Under the pieces are notes generated by a model. It was not told the origin of the DNA. It ran no database searches and worked only from the letters and a program-made list of their open reading frames with translations. From the NCBI RefSeq assembly GCF_021378375.1, contig NZ_CP076228.1, forward strand, positions 150,001-182,000: a DNA stretch of 32,000 nt, written 5' to 3'. This document shows positions 1-10,984 of the stretch, piece by piece (position 1 is the stretch's first letter; each line of letters starts with the position of its first letter). The DNA comes from Wolbachia endosymbiont of Drosophila innubila (GTDB lineage Bacteria > Pseudomonadota > Alphaproteobacteria > Rickettsiales > Anaplasmataceae). The translations under genes and the position numbers were made by a program.

Positions 1-700
1 CATTTTTATAATCCATTTGATAACCACTTTTGTCTATAGAATGTGATAGCCCACATGAACCAACGACTTGCCTGAATGGAGCATAGAAGCTAGAGCAGTA
101 TTTCACTGCATAAGATAATATTAATACGTCTTGAAAGTTGTTATCATCTAATGATTTTCTGATTCTTCCTACTCTACCATCCATCATATCAGAAGGAGCA
201 ACTATATCACATCCTGCCTTCGCTAAAGCAAGTGCTTGCTTACACAGTACTGATATAGTTTCATCGTTTTCTATATCCATCTGATTATCTTTTAAAATGC
301 CGTCATGGCCATGAATAGTGTATGGATCCAGTGCAACGTCTGCAATAATACCAATTTCAGGTACCTTTAATTTTACAGCACAAATTGCTCTGCAGATTAA
401 GTTGTCAGAATTATATGCTTCTTCAGCGTTTTCAAATTTTAGTTTACTATCAACTACAGGAAAAATTGCAACAGCATTAATTCCTAAATCTTTAGCTTCC
501 TTAACTATAGACACTAATCCATCTATTGAATAACATTTTACGCCTGGTAAGCCAGAAATTGGTTCAGTTGTTTCTTCTCTGTCATGAACAAACAGAGGAA
601 GAACCAGATCATTTACTGATAAACTATTTTCACTTGTTAAATTGCGAACCCATTTGCTCGAGCGCCTGCGTCTTAATCTTGTATTTGGAAAATTAAACAT
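1..700 (-). CDS. hemB: Delta-aminolevulinic acid dehydratase (porphobilinogen synthase), partial; C-terminus lies beyond the window start
   Basis: Not in the ORF track. My minus-strand translation reads [21 protein letters not shown]...[26 protein letters not shown]...[35 protein letters not shown]...[15 protein letters not shown]...[15 protein letters not shown], with typical HemB motifs. The start overlaps the 3' end of nuoH. Confidence 0.95.
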   Translation of the reverse strand, partial: MFNFPNTRLRRRRSSKWVRNLTSENSLSVNDLVLPLFVHDREETTEPISGLPGVKCYSIDGLVSIVKEAKDLGINAVAIFPVVDSKLKFENAEEAYNSDNLICRAICAVKLKVPEIGIIADVALDPYTIHGHDGILKDNQMDIENDETISVLCKQALALAKAGCDIVAPSDMMDGRVGRIRKSLDDNNFQDVLILSYAVKYCSSFYAPFRQVVGSCGLSHSIDKSGYQMDYKN

Positions 701-1718
701 TGGATCCAGGCAAGTTCCCAGTAAAGAGCAACACCCCTGAAATGAGTATCACCCAAAGCACCGATATTGGTAGAAATACTTTCCAACCAAGGCGCATTAG
801 CTGATCATATCGATAACGAGGTATTGTTGCTCTAATCCAAATAAATATAAACAAAAGTATAACTATTTTCAAAATGAACCAAATTAAACCTGGAATTTTG
901 TAAAGTAAACTGAACTCCAGCGGCGGATACCATCCTCCTAGAAAGAATATCGTCATCATAGCACTTGCTAGAATCATATTTGCATATTCTCCAAGAAAAA
1001 AGAGGGCAAAAGGCATGGATGAATATTCAACGTTATATCCAGAGACAAGCTCTGCTTCAGCTTCTGGTAAATCAAATGGGTGACGATTAGTTTCTGCAAG
1101 CAAAGAAATAAAAAATATTATTCCTATAGGCATTAGTAGCAAATCAACCCAAAATGGCATATTGTGTTTCGCTACCACCATCTCTCCAAGATTTAATGTT
1201 CCAGTGGTAATAACGACTGCAGCAACTATTAAGCCTATTGAAACTTCATATGAAATCATCTGAGCAGCCGACCGTATAGCGCCAAGGAATGCATAATTGG
1301 AGTTGCTTGACCAGCCTGCAATAATCACGCCGTATACTCCCAGCGACGATATAGCTAGCACGTAAAGCACTCCAACATTAATATTTGCTATAACCTTAGG
1401 AATAACTACTTGCTGGCCATTTTCTACAATTACTTCAGCACCAAACGGTATAACTGCCCAGGCAATTAATGCCAAGATAAAGGTAAGCATTGGAGCCATA
1501 ATGAACAGTATGGTGCTCGCTCTAAATGGTATTATCGGCTCTTTAATCAGTAGCTTAATAGCATCTGCAAATGGCTGCAATAGCCCAAAAGGTCCAACTA
1601 CACTCGGGCCGTGCCTTAATTGAATTGCAGCAAGGACCTTACGCTCAAAGTATGTCAAATATGCAACTGAAAGTAGTAGCGGTACTAAAATAAATAAAAT
1701 ATTAACTAGTGTGTTCAT
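693..1718 (-). CDS. nuoH: NADH-quinone oxidoreductase subunit H
   Basis: 341 aa polytopic membrane protein with NuoH motifs ([36 protein letters not shown]; [40 protein letters not shown]). Confidence 0.98.
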   Translation of the reverse strand: MNTLVNILFILVPLLLSVAYLTYFERKVLAAIQLRHGPSVVGPFGLLQPFADAIKLLIKEPIIPFRASTILFIMAPMLTFILALIAWAVIPFGAEVIVENGQQVVIPKVIANINVGVLYVLAISSLGVYGVIIAGWSSNSNYAFLGAIRSAAQMISYEVSIGLIVAAVVITTGTLNLGEMVVAKHNMPFWVDLLLMPIGIIFFISLLAETNRHPFDLPEAEAELVSGYNVEYSSMPFALFFLGEYANMILASAMMTIFFLGGWYPPLEFSLLYKIPGLIWFILKIVILLFIFIWIRATIPRYRYDQLMRLGWKVFLPISVLWVILISGVLLFTGNLPGSNV

Positions 1719-3771
1719 AAAAAGCTTTAGTACAATCTGCCATTATTTTTGAAGCGCGACTTATTGAATCCGTCATATAAAAATTACACTCCTTTAAAGT
1801 AAAAGGTGTATCACTTAAATTTATTTTACCATTGCTAATTGGCACCCATGTGTTTTTTATCACTTGATCAGCATTTCTAAACTGTGGACCGATAGTATCT
1901 AATTTTTTTCTCACGTCAAATAAACTATCATATGGTAAGGAGAGATCCAAATATTGCGAGAGATTTTTAATAATTAACCAGTCCTCCTTTGCTTCACCTG
2001 GAGGAAATACAGCTAAATTTGTTCTTTGCACTCGACCTTCAGTGTTTACATAAGTTGCATATTTTTCTGTATATGCAGCACCAGGCAAGATAACATCTGC
2101 CACATGTGCACCCTTATCACCGTGATGACCTTGATAAATTACAAATGTGTTTTCTAACTTTGATGTGTCAATTTCATCTGCACCAAGAAGATAAACAACT
2201 TCTATTTCACCACTTTCTGCATGTTCCAATATTTGATTAATATCCCTTTCGCCTTTTTTAGGAACAAACCCAATATCTAGCCCACCAACTCTTGCTGCAG
2301 CTTTATGCAGCACATTAAAGCCATTCCAGTCATCTCTGACCATGTTAAATTCTTCTGCAATTTTGCCAGCTAGAATTAGAATTGATTCAGAATCGTCTCT
2401 TACTAATGCATCTTGACCGATAATCAGCATAGGGCTCTGAGCAGCACTCAGCAGCTTACAGAACTTATGATTTCCATTTGCTATTTCACTCAAAATATCA
2501 GGATTATCGCCCAATTTCTCAACATGATACAAATATTCAATGTTAGGACCAACACTTGCAACAGGAAAGTTGCCCTGTAAATATCTCTTTCTCAATCTTA
2601 CGTTAATGATCGGTGCTTCTATCCTTGGGTTTGTATTTATAAGCAGACACAAATCCGCATTCTCTATACCTTCAATAGTGGTATTGAACACATACGATCC
2701 ACGATTATTTGGTATAAGTTTTGCACCATCCTGCCTGCAATCTATATTTCCCGAGCCGAGCTTCTGCATCATTTCTTTAAGTAGAAGCATAGACTCACAA
2801 TCTGCTAAATCACCTGCAATTGCAGCTATTTTATTTGATTTTGTATTCTTTAATTTCTTTGCAGCAGCAGTTAATGCCTCATTCCAATCAACTGGGGCTA
2901 ATTTACCATCTTTTTTTATATAAGGTCGATCAAGACGCTGAACTTTTAGTCCATCATAGGCAAAGCGGGTTTTATCTGATATCCATTCTTCATTTACCTC
3001 TTCGCTCAGCCTTGGTAATATCCTCATAACCTCCGGGCCACGATAATCAACTCTAATTGCGCTACCCACAGCATCTAGCACATCTATAGTCTCACAATGT
3101 GATAGCTCCCATGGACGCGCTGTAAAGGAGTAAGGCTTTGAAGTTAAAGCTCCTACCGGGCAGAGATCTATGATATTTCCGGATAATTCAGAACTAATAT
3201 GCCTTTTTATGTAAGTGCTAATCTCTACATTTTCTCCCCTTCCGATTCCTCCAAGTTCATTTGTACCTGCAACATCAGACAAAAATCTAACACACCGAGT
3301 GCAATGAATGCATCGATTCATCGCGGTCTCAATCAGTGGTCCGAAGTGTTTTTTTGGCACAGCCCTCTTATGCTCATCAAGTCTGCTGGTTCCTTTCCCA
3401 TAAGCCATCGTGATATCTTGCAAATCGCATTCACCACCCTGATCGCAAATTGGGCAATCAAGCGGGTGGTTAATTAGCAAAAACTCAAGCACACCTTCAC
3501 GTGCTTTTTTAACCTTAGGGGTATCAGTGTGAATAACCATCCCTTCTGCAACTGGCATTGCACAAGAGGCTACTGGTTTTGGAGGTCCACCCTCCACTTC
3601 AACCAAACACATTCTGCAATTACCAGCAATTGCTAAACGCTCATGATAACAAAAACGTGGAATTTCAACGCCCACGACTTCACAAGCTTGAATTATAGTG
3701 AGCCCATGCTCTACTTCACATTCCTTAGAATTAATAGTAACTTTAACCACAACTATTATACAGCTTCCCAC
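1702..3771 (-). CDS. nuoG: NADH-quinone oxidoreductase subunit G; true start probably the internal GTG at VKVTINSKE, near 3747
   Basis: 689 aa. N-terminal 2Fe-2S motif [47 protein letters not shown], and a molybdopterin-oxidoreductase-like domain. Overlaps nuoH by 17 nt. Confidence 0.97.
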   Translation of the reverse strand: MGSCIIVVVKVTINSKECEVEHGLTIIQACEVVGVEIPRFCYHERLAIAGNCRMCLVEVEGGPPKPVASCAMPVAEGMVIHTDTPKVKKAREGVLEFLLINHPLDCPICDQGGECDLQDITMAYGKGTSRLDEHKRAVPKKHFGPLIETAMNRCIHCTRCVRFLSDVAGTNELGGIGRGENVEISTYIKRHISSELSGNIIDLCPVGALTSKPYSFTARPWELSHCETIDVLDAVGSAIRVDYRGPEVMRILPRLSEEVNEEWISDKTRFAYDGLKVQRLDRPYIKKDGKLAPVDWNEALTAAAKKLKNTKSNKIAAIAGDLADCESMLLLKEMMQKLGSGNIDCRQDGAKLIPNNRGSYVFNTTIEGIENADLCLLINTNPRIEAPIINVRLRKRYLQGNFPVASVGPNIEYLYHVEKLGDNPDILSEIANGNHKFCKLLSAAQSPMLIIGQDALVRDDSESILILAGKIAEEFNMVRDDWNGFNVLHKAAARVGGLDIGFVPKKGERDINQILEHAESGEIEVVYLLGADEIDTSKLENTFVIYQGHHGDKGAHVADVILPGAAYTEKYATYVNTEGRVQRTNLAVFPPGEAKEDWLIIKNLSQYLDLSLPYDSLFDVRKKLDTIGPQFRNADQVIKNTWVPISNGKINLSDTPFTLKECNFYMTDSISRASKIMADCTKAFYEHTS

Positions 3772-3968
3772 TTTATAGGATTGCCGCTTACCTCATCTTC
3801 AACCAGATTGCCGTTGTCATATTGAGCAGACATATAATTCATGCGCGAATCACGATCTATATATCTAACAGGTTTTACCGGTTTATCTTTATACATTTTT
3901 TGCTCAGCTTTCTTACGCTGAGTAGGGTTATTTTTACTAGCTGTCTTTGCTTTCCCACCTGCTGCCAT
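3756..3968 (-). CDS. Small conserved basic protein (hypothetical), immediately upstream of nuoG
   Basis: 70 aa ORF MAAGGKAKTASKNNPTQRKKAEQKMYKDKPVKPVRYIDRDSR..., abutting and overlapping nuoG in an operon-like arrangement. No recognised domain. Confidence 0.6.
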   Translation of the reverse strand: MAAGGKAKTASKNNPTQRKKAEQKMYKDKPVKPVRYIDRDSRMNYMSAQYDNGNLVEDEVSGNPIKWEAV

Positions 3969-4102
3969 ATAAACTCCTAAAAACTTTTCATTCTATTTTA
4001 ACACTTAAGTATATAGCGTCAATATTTAATAACTTTAAAATTTCAATAGATCTCTTATTATAATCATTTTACAATCATTGTTTAAATAAAAAGTTACCCC
4101 TT

Positions 4103-4251
4103 GATGCCATTCCAGCGCATGACGCACAGCTGTACGAACATTGCAATTTGCAGGCAATTTGCGTGGCAGATTCAAGTAGCTGACACTGGTTTCCATCCAA
4201 GACAGCAGTAGCCCTTTCGGTGTTATTTCAGTGCTTGACACTGAAATCCAG
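4103..4251. repeat. Intergenic palindromic/MITE-like repeat region with a nested GCTGTACGAACATTGCAAT segment
   Basis: Contains ATGCCATTCCAGCGCATGACGC, the insert ACAGCTGTACGAACATTGCAAT, then TTTCAGTGCTTGACACTGAAATCCAG. Related copies occur near 11.4, 15.9, 21.6, 22.5 and 27.5 kb. Confidence 0.75.
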
Positions 4252-4308
4252 GATTTTGATTGGATACTGAGTTGGTAAGCATAAAAGTGTAGCTAACGCG
4301 AGCTCTAC

Positions 4309-4370
4309 GTCATACCGCGATTTATTCGCGGTATCTCAAAGCATAGATCCCGCTGCGGGATGACGATTGT
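4309..4370. repeat. Palindromic repeat unit (GTCATACCGCG..CGCGGTATCTC / CCCGC..GCGGGATGACG family)
   Basis: gtcataccgcgatttattcgcggtatctc...gatcccgctgcgggatgacgattg. Recurs at about 14.5, 21.8, 22.6, 24.2, 29.8 and 31.5-31.8 kb. Confidence 0.8.
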
Positions 4371-4855
4371 CGTTTAGCCATAAATATTTAAGAAATTTAC
4401 CAAATGAAAAAAAAGGCAAAAGAAGTCCTGGGGTTATTATCCGCTTTAAAATATTGGCGTTTTTTATGTTTTAAACGCTTGACAAGCAAGATTAAGCTGC
4501 TTTTAATTGCAACTAACTTACGCTGCAAATGTTTAAGAAATTTACTAAGCAGAAAAAAAGACAAAGAATCCCCGAGTTAGCTAGTCTTTTACTATCTCTG
4601 TCGAGTATTGGCATTTTTTGATGTCTTGTAACGCTTTATAAGCGCGTTCAGCTTATTTAGATAAAAATCTAGATGTAGATGAAGTTTTGTAAAGACATAT
4701 AGTATCTATATACTGCAAAAAATTGAACATAAGACGCCGATACATTAAGTAATCCTTACCTTTTAATCTGCAGATTGGCGAAAGCAAATACAATAGCTTC
4801 AGTTTCATGATAAGGGGGCTGGCGGAGTTTGTCAAGGAAGTTTTTTCGTTTCTAA
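4357..4855. repeat. About 500 bp dispersed repeat, copy A (near-identical to 24224-24722)
   Basis: Both loci share ggatgacgattgtcgtttagc[c/t]ataaatatttaagaaatttacc...gcgttttttatgttttaaacgcttgacaagcaagattaagctgctttt...ctttttaatctgcagattggcgaaagcaaatacaatagcttc...catgataaggg[g/a]gctggcg with few substitutions. An identical ORF tail LKGKDYLMYRRLMFNFLQYIDTICLYKTSSTSRFLSK appears in the ORF track at both. Confidence 0.93.
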
Positions 4856-4903
4856 CGATTGTTAACATGCTGCAAAAAACTATGCAAGAGGTCTACCACT
4901 TTA

Positions 4904-5725
4904 TTAGGTATTTGTGCAGTTATTGGTGTTATCAAGATACTCCCTAATCTTCTTTAAGTCCTCCCAGGCTAAACGTTTTTGTGCCGGTTGGCGAAGTAGG
5001 TAAGCTGGATGAAATATAGCGGCTGTGGTGATTGAATTGGACAAATATTGGTTAGTGTACGTATGAAATCTACCACGCAAATTCGATATAGTTTTTGTGC
5101 TGTCAAGAAGGCTATAACATGCGATTCCCCCGACCAAAATTAAAATTTGTGGTGAAACTAGTGCAACGTGTTTTTCGACAAATGGTCTGCACATATCAAG
5201 CTCTAGGTCGGTTGGCTTTCTATTGCCAGGTGGACGCCAAAATACAGTATTGCTTATGTATACCTTAGTGCGATCAAGATTGATTGCATTTAACATTTTA
5301 TCGAGCAACATTCCACTTGCACCACAAAATGGTATGCCTTGAAGGTCTTCATTTGCTCCTGGAGCTTCACCAACGAGCATAACTTTTGCGTTTGGATTAC
5401 CATCGGAAAAGACAGTATTAGTTGCAGTTTTTTTTATCTCACAACCTTCAAATGATTCAACTGCACTTCTTAGTTCATCCACACTATTACATTTGCTTGC
5501 AAGTTTCCTTGCTTCGATTATCCAGTCACTTGGAAACATGTCTTTTCCATCTTTAGTGTCACCCCAGCGCGTATCTGCATCTTTCTTCTTGGTCCCAGTT
5601 TGGATAACAGAGGGTTGTACACTCTCTTTGCTCTCCAATTTTTTTTCCTCTTCACCCTCTGTTAGTGTGCAATCAACGCCCACTTCATGGTAAAATTTTA
5701 ATAATTCTAGGTCTTTATTGCTCAT
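4904..5725 (-). CDS. Uracil-DNA glycosylase, family 4 type (SPO1 DNA polymerase-related)
   Basis: 273 aa with NAKVMLVGEAPGANEDLQGIPFCGASGMLLDKML, YISNTVFWRPPGNRKPTDLELDMCRPFVEKHV and AIFHPAYLLRQPAQKRLAWEDLKKI. Confidence 0.9.
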   Translation of the reverse strand: MSNKDLELLKFYHEVGVDCTLTEGEEEKKLESKESVQPSVIQTGTKKKDADTRWGDTKDGKDMFPSDWIIEARKLASKCNSVDELRSAVESFEGCEIKKTATNTVFSDGNPNAKVMLVGEAPGANEDLQGIPFCGASGMLLDKMLNAINLDRTKVYISNTVFWRPPGNRKPTDLELDMCRPFVEKHVALVSPQILILVGGIACYSLLDSTKTISNLRGRFHTYTNQYLSNSITTAAIFHPAYLLRQPAQKRLAWEDLKKIREYLDNTNNCTNT

Positions 5726-6254
5726 AATGCTTTTTAACCTTTTGTGCTTTTTTCATGGCCATATCATACTTTAATTGAGATAAATGTCTAATATATAATA
5801 TGCCGTTTAAGTGATCTAATTCATGCTGAATACACCTTGCAAGCCAACCACTAGCTTTTAGTGTTTGTTCTTCATTATCTAAGTCTTTATATTTCACAGT
5901 TAGATACTTTGGACGCTTAATTTCATGACTTTGCTCTGGAATTGAAAGGCATCCTTCCTTGAGAATTACTTGTTCATCGGATAATTCTGTAATCTCAGGA
6001 TTAATCATGTAAAATTTGCCAGTTGAGCCATATCCTGCTGGCTCATTTTCAATCGTTTCTAGCTGAATATCCATAACAAAAATTCTCTTTAACACTCCAA
6101 CTTGCACTGCAGCAAGGCCAAGACCTTCTGCATCATACATAGTTTCGAACATGTCGTTTACTAATTCTTTAATTTTATCGTTTATATCTGTTACTTCACT
6201 GGCACGTGTGATTAGTCTTTCATCAGGGGCAATTACAATTGGTAATATGGACAT
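5715..6254 (-). CDS. def: Peptide deformylase
   Basis: 179 aa with GLGLAAVQVGVLKRIFV, ILKEGCLSIPEQ and CIQHELDHLNGILYI motifs. Confidence 0.97.
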   Translation of the reverse strand: MSILPIVIAPDERLITRASEVTDINDKIKELVNDMFETMYDAEGLGLAAVQVGVLKRIFVMDIQLETIENEPAGYGSTGKFYMINPEITELSDEQVILKEGCLSIPEQSHEIKRPKYLTVKYKDLDNEEQTLKASGWLARCIQHELDHLNGILYIRHLSQLKYDMAMKKAQKVKKHYEQ

Positions 6255-6392
6255 AAAAATTATAATTCTATGTTTTGCTTTTCCTTTTGTCCAGAATTTA
6301 GTGTATATTAAAATGTTGCTATATCTATAATAGAAATATAAATTATTAAAGGAAGCTACAATTTAAATGAAATTGCGTAATAAGGTTAACTA

Positions 6393-7631
6393 ATGTACTC
6401 TGCAGTAATAGCAAAACCAAAGAGAAATGTTTTTGCTGTTTTAGACATAGGTACAACAAAGATTATTTGTCTAATCGTTAAGATAAATGGCAACTTCAGC
6501 TATAAAGTAACAGGAACGGGTTATAAGATTGCAGAAGGTGTAAACGGTGGATCAATAACTAATGTAAAACACGCAAATTACTCCATCTCATCAACTATAG
6601 GTTTAGCTGAACAAGTATCAGAAGAAACCATAGATCAGATATATGTGAACATTGCTGGATGTGGCATCTCATCTTTTAATGTACATAATGAAATTATTGC
6701 AGCTAACCATGAGATTTCTGAGCGTGATATAAGACGTGTAGTTTTTCAAACATTTGAGAAATATATTGAAGACAATGTTATCATTCACAATATACCACTA
6801 AAATATCACTTAGATGACATGACTGACATAAAAGAAGTTGGTGGATTGTACGGAAAAAGACTATCTGCTGATGTTAATGTTGTCACTGCTTCGCGTCCAG
6901 CGCTTACCAATATTGAAAACTGTATTACCAATAATGGTGGATTGAATATGGCAGGTTGTATTGCTTCTGCATATTCTGCAGGTCTTGCCTGTCTGAGTGG
7001 AGATGAAAAAGAGTTCGGGACTGCTATTGTTGATATAGGCGGTGGGTGCACTGCAATTGGAATTTTCAAAAGAGGGAAACTTGTGTATGCAAGCAGCGTT
7101 CCAATTGGTGGTGTTCATATCACTCGAGATATTGCTTACGGGCTATGCACAAGCATAGAACGTGCAGAGTATATAAAAATACTGTATGGCAGCACTATCG
7201 TAACTTCAATAGATGAGAATGAGTACATTACAATGCAAAACAACGAAAATGATGAACCTACTCAAGTATTCAAATCTGAGCTTATTAACATCATAAGACC
7301 AAGAGTTGAAGAAATACTTGAAATGGTAAGAGAGCAATTTCAAGAGCAGAAAGATCCAATTAATAAAGTAGTGATCACAGGTGGAACTAGTCAACTCACA
7401 AGCATGAAGGAAATTGCAGGCTATATATTCAATAAGCAAGTTCGAATTGGGTGCCCTGAGTCTTGTAGCGGTCTTGATGGCGAATATGATAAAAATCCTG
7501 TATTTTCTGCTGCTATAGGCTCTATAAAGCTAATAGTTGACACTTTTTATAAAAATAATTCTGGTATTTTAGGTCAGGATGGTAAAATGAGTAAATTGTA
7601 TAATTGGGTTAAATCAAAAGTTACAGTCTAG
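6393..7631 (+). CDS. ftsA: Cell division protein FtsA
   Basis: 412 aa actin-like ATPase with VFAVLDIGTTKIICL, GGLNMAGCIASAYSAGLACLSGDEKEFGTAIVDIGGGCTAIGIF and VVITGGTSQLTSMKE. Confidence 0.93.
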   Translation: MYSAVIAKPKRNVFAVLDIGTTKIICLIVKINGNFSYKVTGTGYKIAEGVNGGSITNVKHANYSISSTIGLAEQVSEETIDQIYVNIAGCGISSFNVHNEIIAANHEISERDIRRVVFQTFEKYIEDNVIIHNIPLKYHLDDMTDIKEVGGLYGKRLSADVNVVTASRPALTNIENCITNNGGLNMAGCIASAYSAGLACLSGDEKEFGTAIVDIGGGCTAIGIFKRGKLVYASSVPIGGVHITRDIAYGLCTSIERAEYIKILYGSTIVTSIDENEYITMQNNENDEPTQVFKSELINIIRPRVEEILEMVREQFQEQKDPINKVVITGGTSQLTSMKEIAGYIFNKQVRIGCPESCSGLDGEYDKNPVFSAAIGSIKLIVDTFYKNNSGILGQDGKMSKLYNWVKSKVTV

Positions 7632-7754
7632 ATTTCTGTTTTACCACCTTTCATACAAATGACTTGACACTAGGATCCATAGGACTTATTTTTATAATAT
7701 GTAAAATTATTATGTTTATGTATTTGCGAGTAAGCGTACCAATTACAATAAGAC

Positions 7755-8546
7755 ATGGAAAATATGAACATAACTATACACTCACAAGAAGATTTTGAAT
7801 TTATGCGCAAGGCTGGCAGGCTTGCTGCTGAAACTCTTGATTTCATTGCACCGTACGTAAAGGTAGGGGTGACAACTAATGAATTAAATGATCTATGCCA
7901 TGACTTTATAATTAATGCAGGTGCAATTCCAGCACCACTAAATTATAGGGGGTATCCAAAATCAATCTGCACCTCAAAAAATGCCGTTGTGTGCCATGGT
8001 GTTCCTGATGATACACCGCTTAAAGATGGGGATATTTTGAATATTGACGTTACGGTGATTTTGAATGGCTGGCATGGTGATACAAGTCGCATGTTTTGGG
8101 TTGGCAAGCCATCAATAAAAGCAAAACGTTTATGTGACGCTACTTATAATGCGTTGATGGAAGCAATCAAACAAGTTAAGCCCGGCAATAAGTTAAATGA
8201 AATAGGGCTTGCTATAGAGAAATATATTAGAGATTTTGGATATTCTATCGTACGCAGCTACTGCGGACATGGTATAGGAAAAGTCTTTCATGCTCCACCA
8301 AATGTAGTGCATTTCTATGATCAAGATGAAGATCTTGTCTTAAAGGAAGGTATGTTTTTTACAATAGAGCCAATGATTAATGCTGGAAAACATGAGACTC
8401 TGCTCAGTAAACTCGATGACTGGACAGTAACAACACGCGATCTTTCACTTTCTGCTCAATTTGAGCATACACTTGGAGTAACAAAAGATGGTGCTGAAAT
8501 ATTCACATTATCACCTAAGAATTGGCATTTCCCACCTTATAATTAG
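7755..8546 (+). CDS. map: Methionine aminopeptidase, type I
   Basis: 263 aa with GYPKSICTSKNAVVCHGVP, ILNIDVTVILNGWHGDTSRMF, CGHGIGKVFHAPPNVVHF and GMFFTIEPMINAG. Confidence 0.97.
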   Translation: MENMNITIHSQEDFEFMRKAGRLAAETLDFIAPYVKVGVTTNELNDLCHDFIINAGAIPAPLNYRGYPKSICTSKNAVVCHGVPDDTPLKDGDILNIDVTVILNGWHGDTSRMFWVGKPSIKAKRLCDATYNALMEAIKQVKPGNKLNEIGLAIEKYIRDFGYSIVRSYCGHGIGKVFHAPPNVVHFYDQDEDLVLKEGMFFTIEPMINAGKHETLLSKLDDWTVTTRDLSLSAQFEHTLGVTKDGAEIFTLSPKNWHFPPYN

Positions 8547-8573
8547 ATTTTTTTAAATTCTGCTATACTGCAA

Positions 8574-9821
8574 CTATACTTGGTTTACTTTGGGTAATTT
8601 TGAAGAAAGCTCACCCTTAATTTGCGATATAGCAACTAGCCCAATTAATGCACAGAAAATCATGTAAAAACTAGCTGAAGTCTCTTGTCCTGTAACCTTG
8701 ATAATTGTTGTGCATATAAATGGTGCAAGGCCGCCAAAAAATCCAGCAGCTATATTTCTTGATAAACCAAATCCACTGTACCGAACCTTTGTTGGAAATA
8801 ATTCGCACATAAGTGCACTGACAGGACCAAGCGATGCAGCTATTGGAATTATAAAAAGAATGTGTGCCAGCAAGTAATTGCCACTACATAACATTGAAAA
8901 AACTGGATAACTCACTATTACAAAAGCTATGAATGCAAATTTCATAACTTTTTCTCTTCCTACCTTATCAGAAAGTATTGCAAACAATATTGTCAATCCT
9001 CCGAGCGCAATTTGACTCAGTATTTCCACTATATGATTAAAATGAGTATTTACTGTTAATATTTTATTCGTAAGCACATTGAAAAATACCAAATATATAT
9101 AGAGAGACGCATTTTCAACCAAGTCAATACCTATTGATATTAGAACAGGCTTTTTGTAATTGTTTAATAACTCTTTTAGTGGCAATTTAGACGGATTTTT
9201 TTGTCTTTTATACTCTGGGCTTTCATCAAGTATATATCTCACATATATGCTAATTAATCCCATTGCTAAACTGAAAATGAAAGGTAATCTCCACCCCCAA
9301 GATTCAAAATCAGATACTTTTTTGCATATGAGTACCGCTATCAGGCTTAATACTGAACCAAAAATTGCGCTTAATACTTCAATGCTGCCAAAAAATCCTT
9401 TTTTGTTTTTAGGAGCATGTTCTATTAAAAATGGTGCATTTCCTGCTTCTCCTCCAAGGGATATACCCTGCAATAGCCTTAAACAAACTACCAGAATTGA
9501 TGCTAGTATTCCAATGCTTTGATAACCTGGAACAAAAGCAATTAATACGGTTGATAAAGTCATTAATATAATCGAGAGCAATAAGGCAACTCTTCTGCCA
9601 TGTTTATCACCAATGTGACCAAATATAGCAGCACCGACTGGTCTCATTAAGAAACCCACTGCAAACACTCCAAAAGCCTTCAATACGCTGGTTAGTTGAT
9701 CATCCGATGGAAAAAACACACCACCTATTATGTTTATTAAGTGGCCAAAAAGCATGTGGTCATACCACAATAAAGTGTTACAAATCAAACTTGAAAATAT
9801 TACTTTTGTTATTTGCTGCAT
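8574..9821 (-). CDS. MFS transporter of the metabolite:H+ symporter type (ProP/proline-betaine transporter-like)
   Basis: 415 aa, 12-TM-like. FGVFAVGFLMRPVGAAIFGHIGDKHGRRVALLLSIILM and RLLQGISLGGEAGNAPFLIEHAP are typical of this MFS subfamily. Confidence 0.9.
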   Translation of the reverse strand: MQQITKVIFSSLICNTLLWYDHMLFGHLINIIGGVFFPSDDQLTSVLKAFGVFAVGFLMRPVGAAIFGHIGDKHGRRVALLLSIILMTLSTVLIAFVPGYQSIGILASILVVCLRLLQGISLGGEAGNAPFLIEHAPKNKKGFFGSIEVLSAIFGSVLSLIAVLICKKVSDFESWGWRLPFIFSLAMGLISIYVRYILDESPEYKRQKNPSKLPLKELLNNYKKPVLISIGIDLVENASLYIYLVFFNVLTNKILTVNTHFNHIVEILSQIALGGLTILFAILSDKVGREKVMKFAFIAFVIVSYPVFSMLCSGNYLLAHILFIIPIAASLGPVSALMCELFPTKVRYSGFGLSRNIAAGFFGGLAPFICTTIIKVTGQETSASFYMIFCALIGLVAISQIKGELSSKLPKVNQV

Positions 9822-10039
9822 AATTTCCCTATAGCCTGTTTGATCTTATATATAAAAAAAAATGTGAACGTTATGTGAATATTATATTAACAATATTAAA
9901 CCTTGATTTTAATATTATTGCTCATATATTCCGATAAGATACCATATTTTGGCAAGAAAATCTATGTACATAAATAAAATTGATGTGAAGAGTAGAGTAG
10001 AGTAGGATATCTACACCAACTGTACTTAAATTTTTTGAT

Positions 10040-10984
10040 ATGACACACACTCCAGTTTTGTTAAAAGAGATGCTATCACTACTATCACCGCAGGATGGTG
10101 GCATATACGTGGACGCCACATTTGGAGCTGGAGGGTATAGCAAAGCAATATTGGAGTCAGCTGATTGCAAGGTATATGCAATTGATAGAGATGAAACGGT
10201 AACTAAGTTTTATGATGATTTAAGCGTTAGATATCCCGATAGAATAAAACTATTCATTGAGAAGTTTAGTAATATTAAAAGTATACTAAGCAGCGTTGAG
10301 CCATCTCCTGTCATCCCAGTACTTGATACTGGAAAAAATAACTGGTCACGCGCTGGAATGACATCAAACGGAGTGGATGGAGTGGTCTTTGACATCGGAG
10401 TTTCATCTATGCAGCTTGATAACGGAGATAGAGGGTTCTCATTTTTACATGATGGTCCACTCGATATGAGCATGGATAACTCTTCTTATATAAACGCTTC
10501 AACGTTTGTTAACGCTTTACGCGAAGAAGAAATCGCAAATACTATATATAACTACGGAGGCGAACGTCATTCTCGCAAAATTGCAAGAGCAATAATAAAT
10601 GCACGGAAGAAGAAAACTATCAAAACTACATTTGAGCTTGCGGATATTGTACGTTCCGTGGTATTTCGTGGAAAAAGCAAAATTGATCCTGCAACCAGAA
10701 CATTTCAGGCAATCAGAATATGGGTAAACGATGAGCTAGAAGAACTTGAAAAGGGTATTAAAGCTGCATCTGAGATTTTAAGTGAGAATGGCAAATTAAT
10801 TGTCGTCACCTTTCATTCCTTAGAAGATCGTATAGTCAAAACTTTTTTTAAAGATTTATGTGCTACTGATTGCAAGACATTCTCTCTGCTAAATAAAAAA
10901 GTGATCGAAGCAAGTATAGAAGAAGTAAGTGCAAATCCGCGTTCACGCTCAGCAAAACTAAGAGCTATACAGAGGTTGTCGTGA
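10040..10984 (+). CDS. rsmH: 16S rRNA (cytosine1402-N4)-methyltransferase
   Basis: 314 aa with HTPVLLKEMLSLLSPQDGGIYVDATFGAGGYSKAIL, FDIGVSSMQLDNGDRGFSFLHDGPLDMSMD and VVTFHSLEDRIVK. Confidence 0.97.
   Translation: MTHTPVLLKEMLSLLSPQDGGIYVDATFGAGGYSKAILESADCKVYAIDRDETVTKFYDDLSVRYPDRIKLFIEKFSNIKSILSSVEPSPVIPVLDTGKNNWSRAGMTSNGVDGVVFDIGVSSMQLDNGDRGFSFLHDGPLDMSMDNSSYINASTFVNALREEEIANTIYNYGGERHSRKIARAIINARKKKTIKTTFELADIVRSVVFRGKSKIDPATRTFQAIRIWVNDELEELEKGIKAASEILSENGKLIVVTFHSLEDRIVKTFFKDLCATDCKTFSLLNKKVIEASIEEVSANPRSRSAKLRAIQRLS

Noticed and set aside
2540-3477. Antisense ORFs inside nuoG (2540..2923, 2820..3029, 3199..3477)
   Set aside because: They lie entirely within a strongly supported conserved gene on the other strand and have no recognisable domains.
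5493-10473. Antisense ORFs inside the UDG, ftsA, MFS and rsmH genes (5493..5693, 6806..7439, 9160..9522, 9922..10170, 10210..10473)
   Set aside because: Shadow ORFs of well-supported genes, with low-complexity and unconvincing translations.
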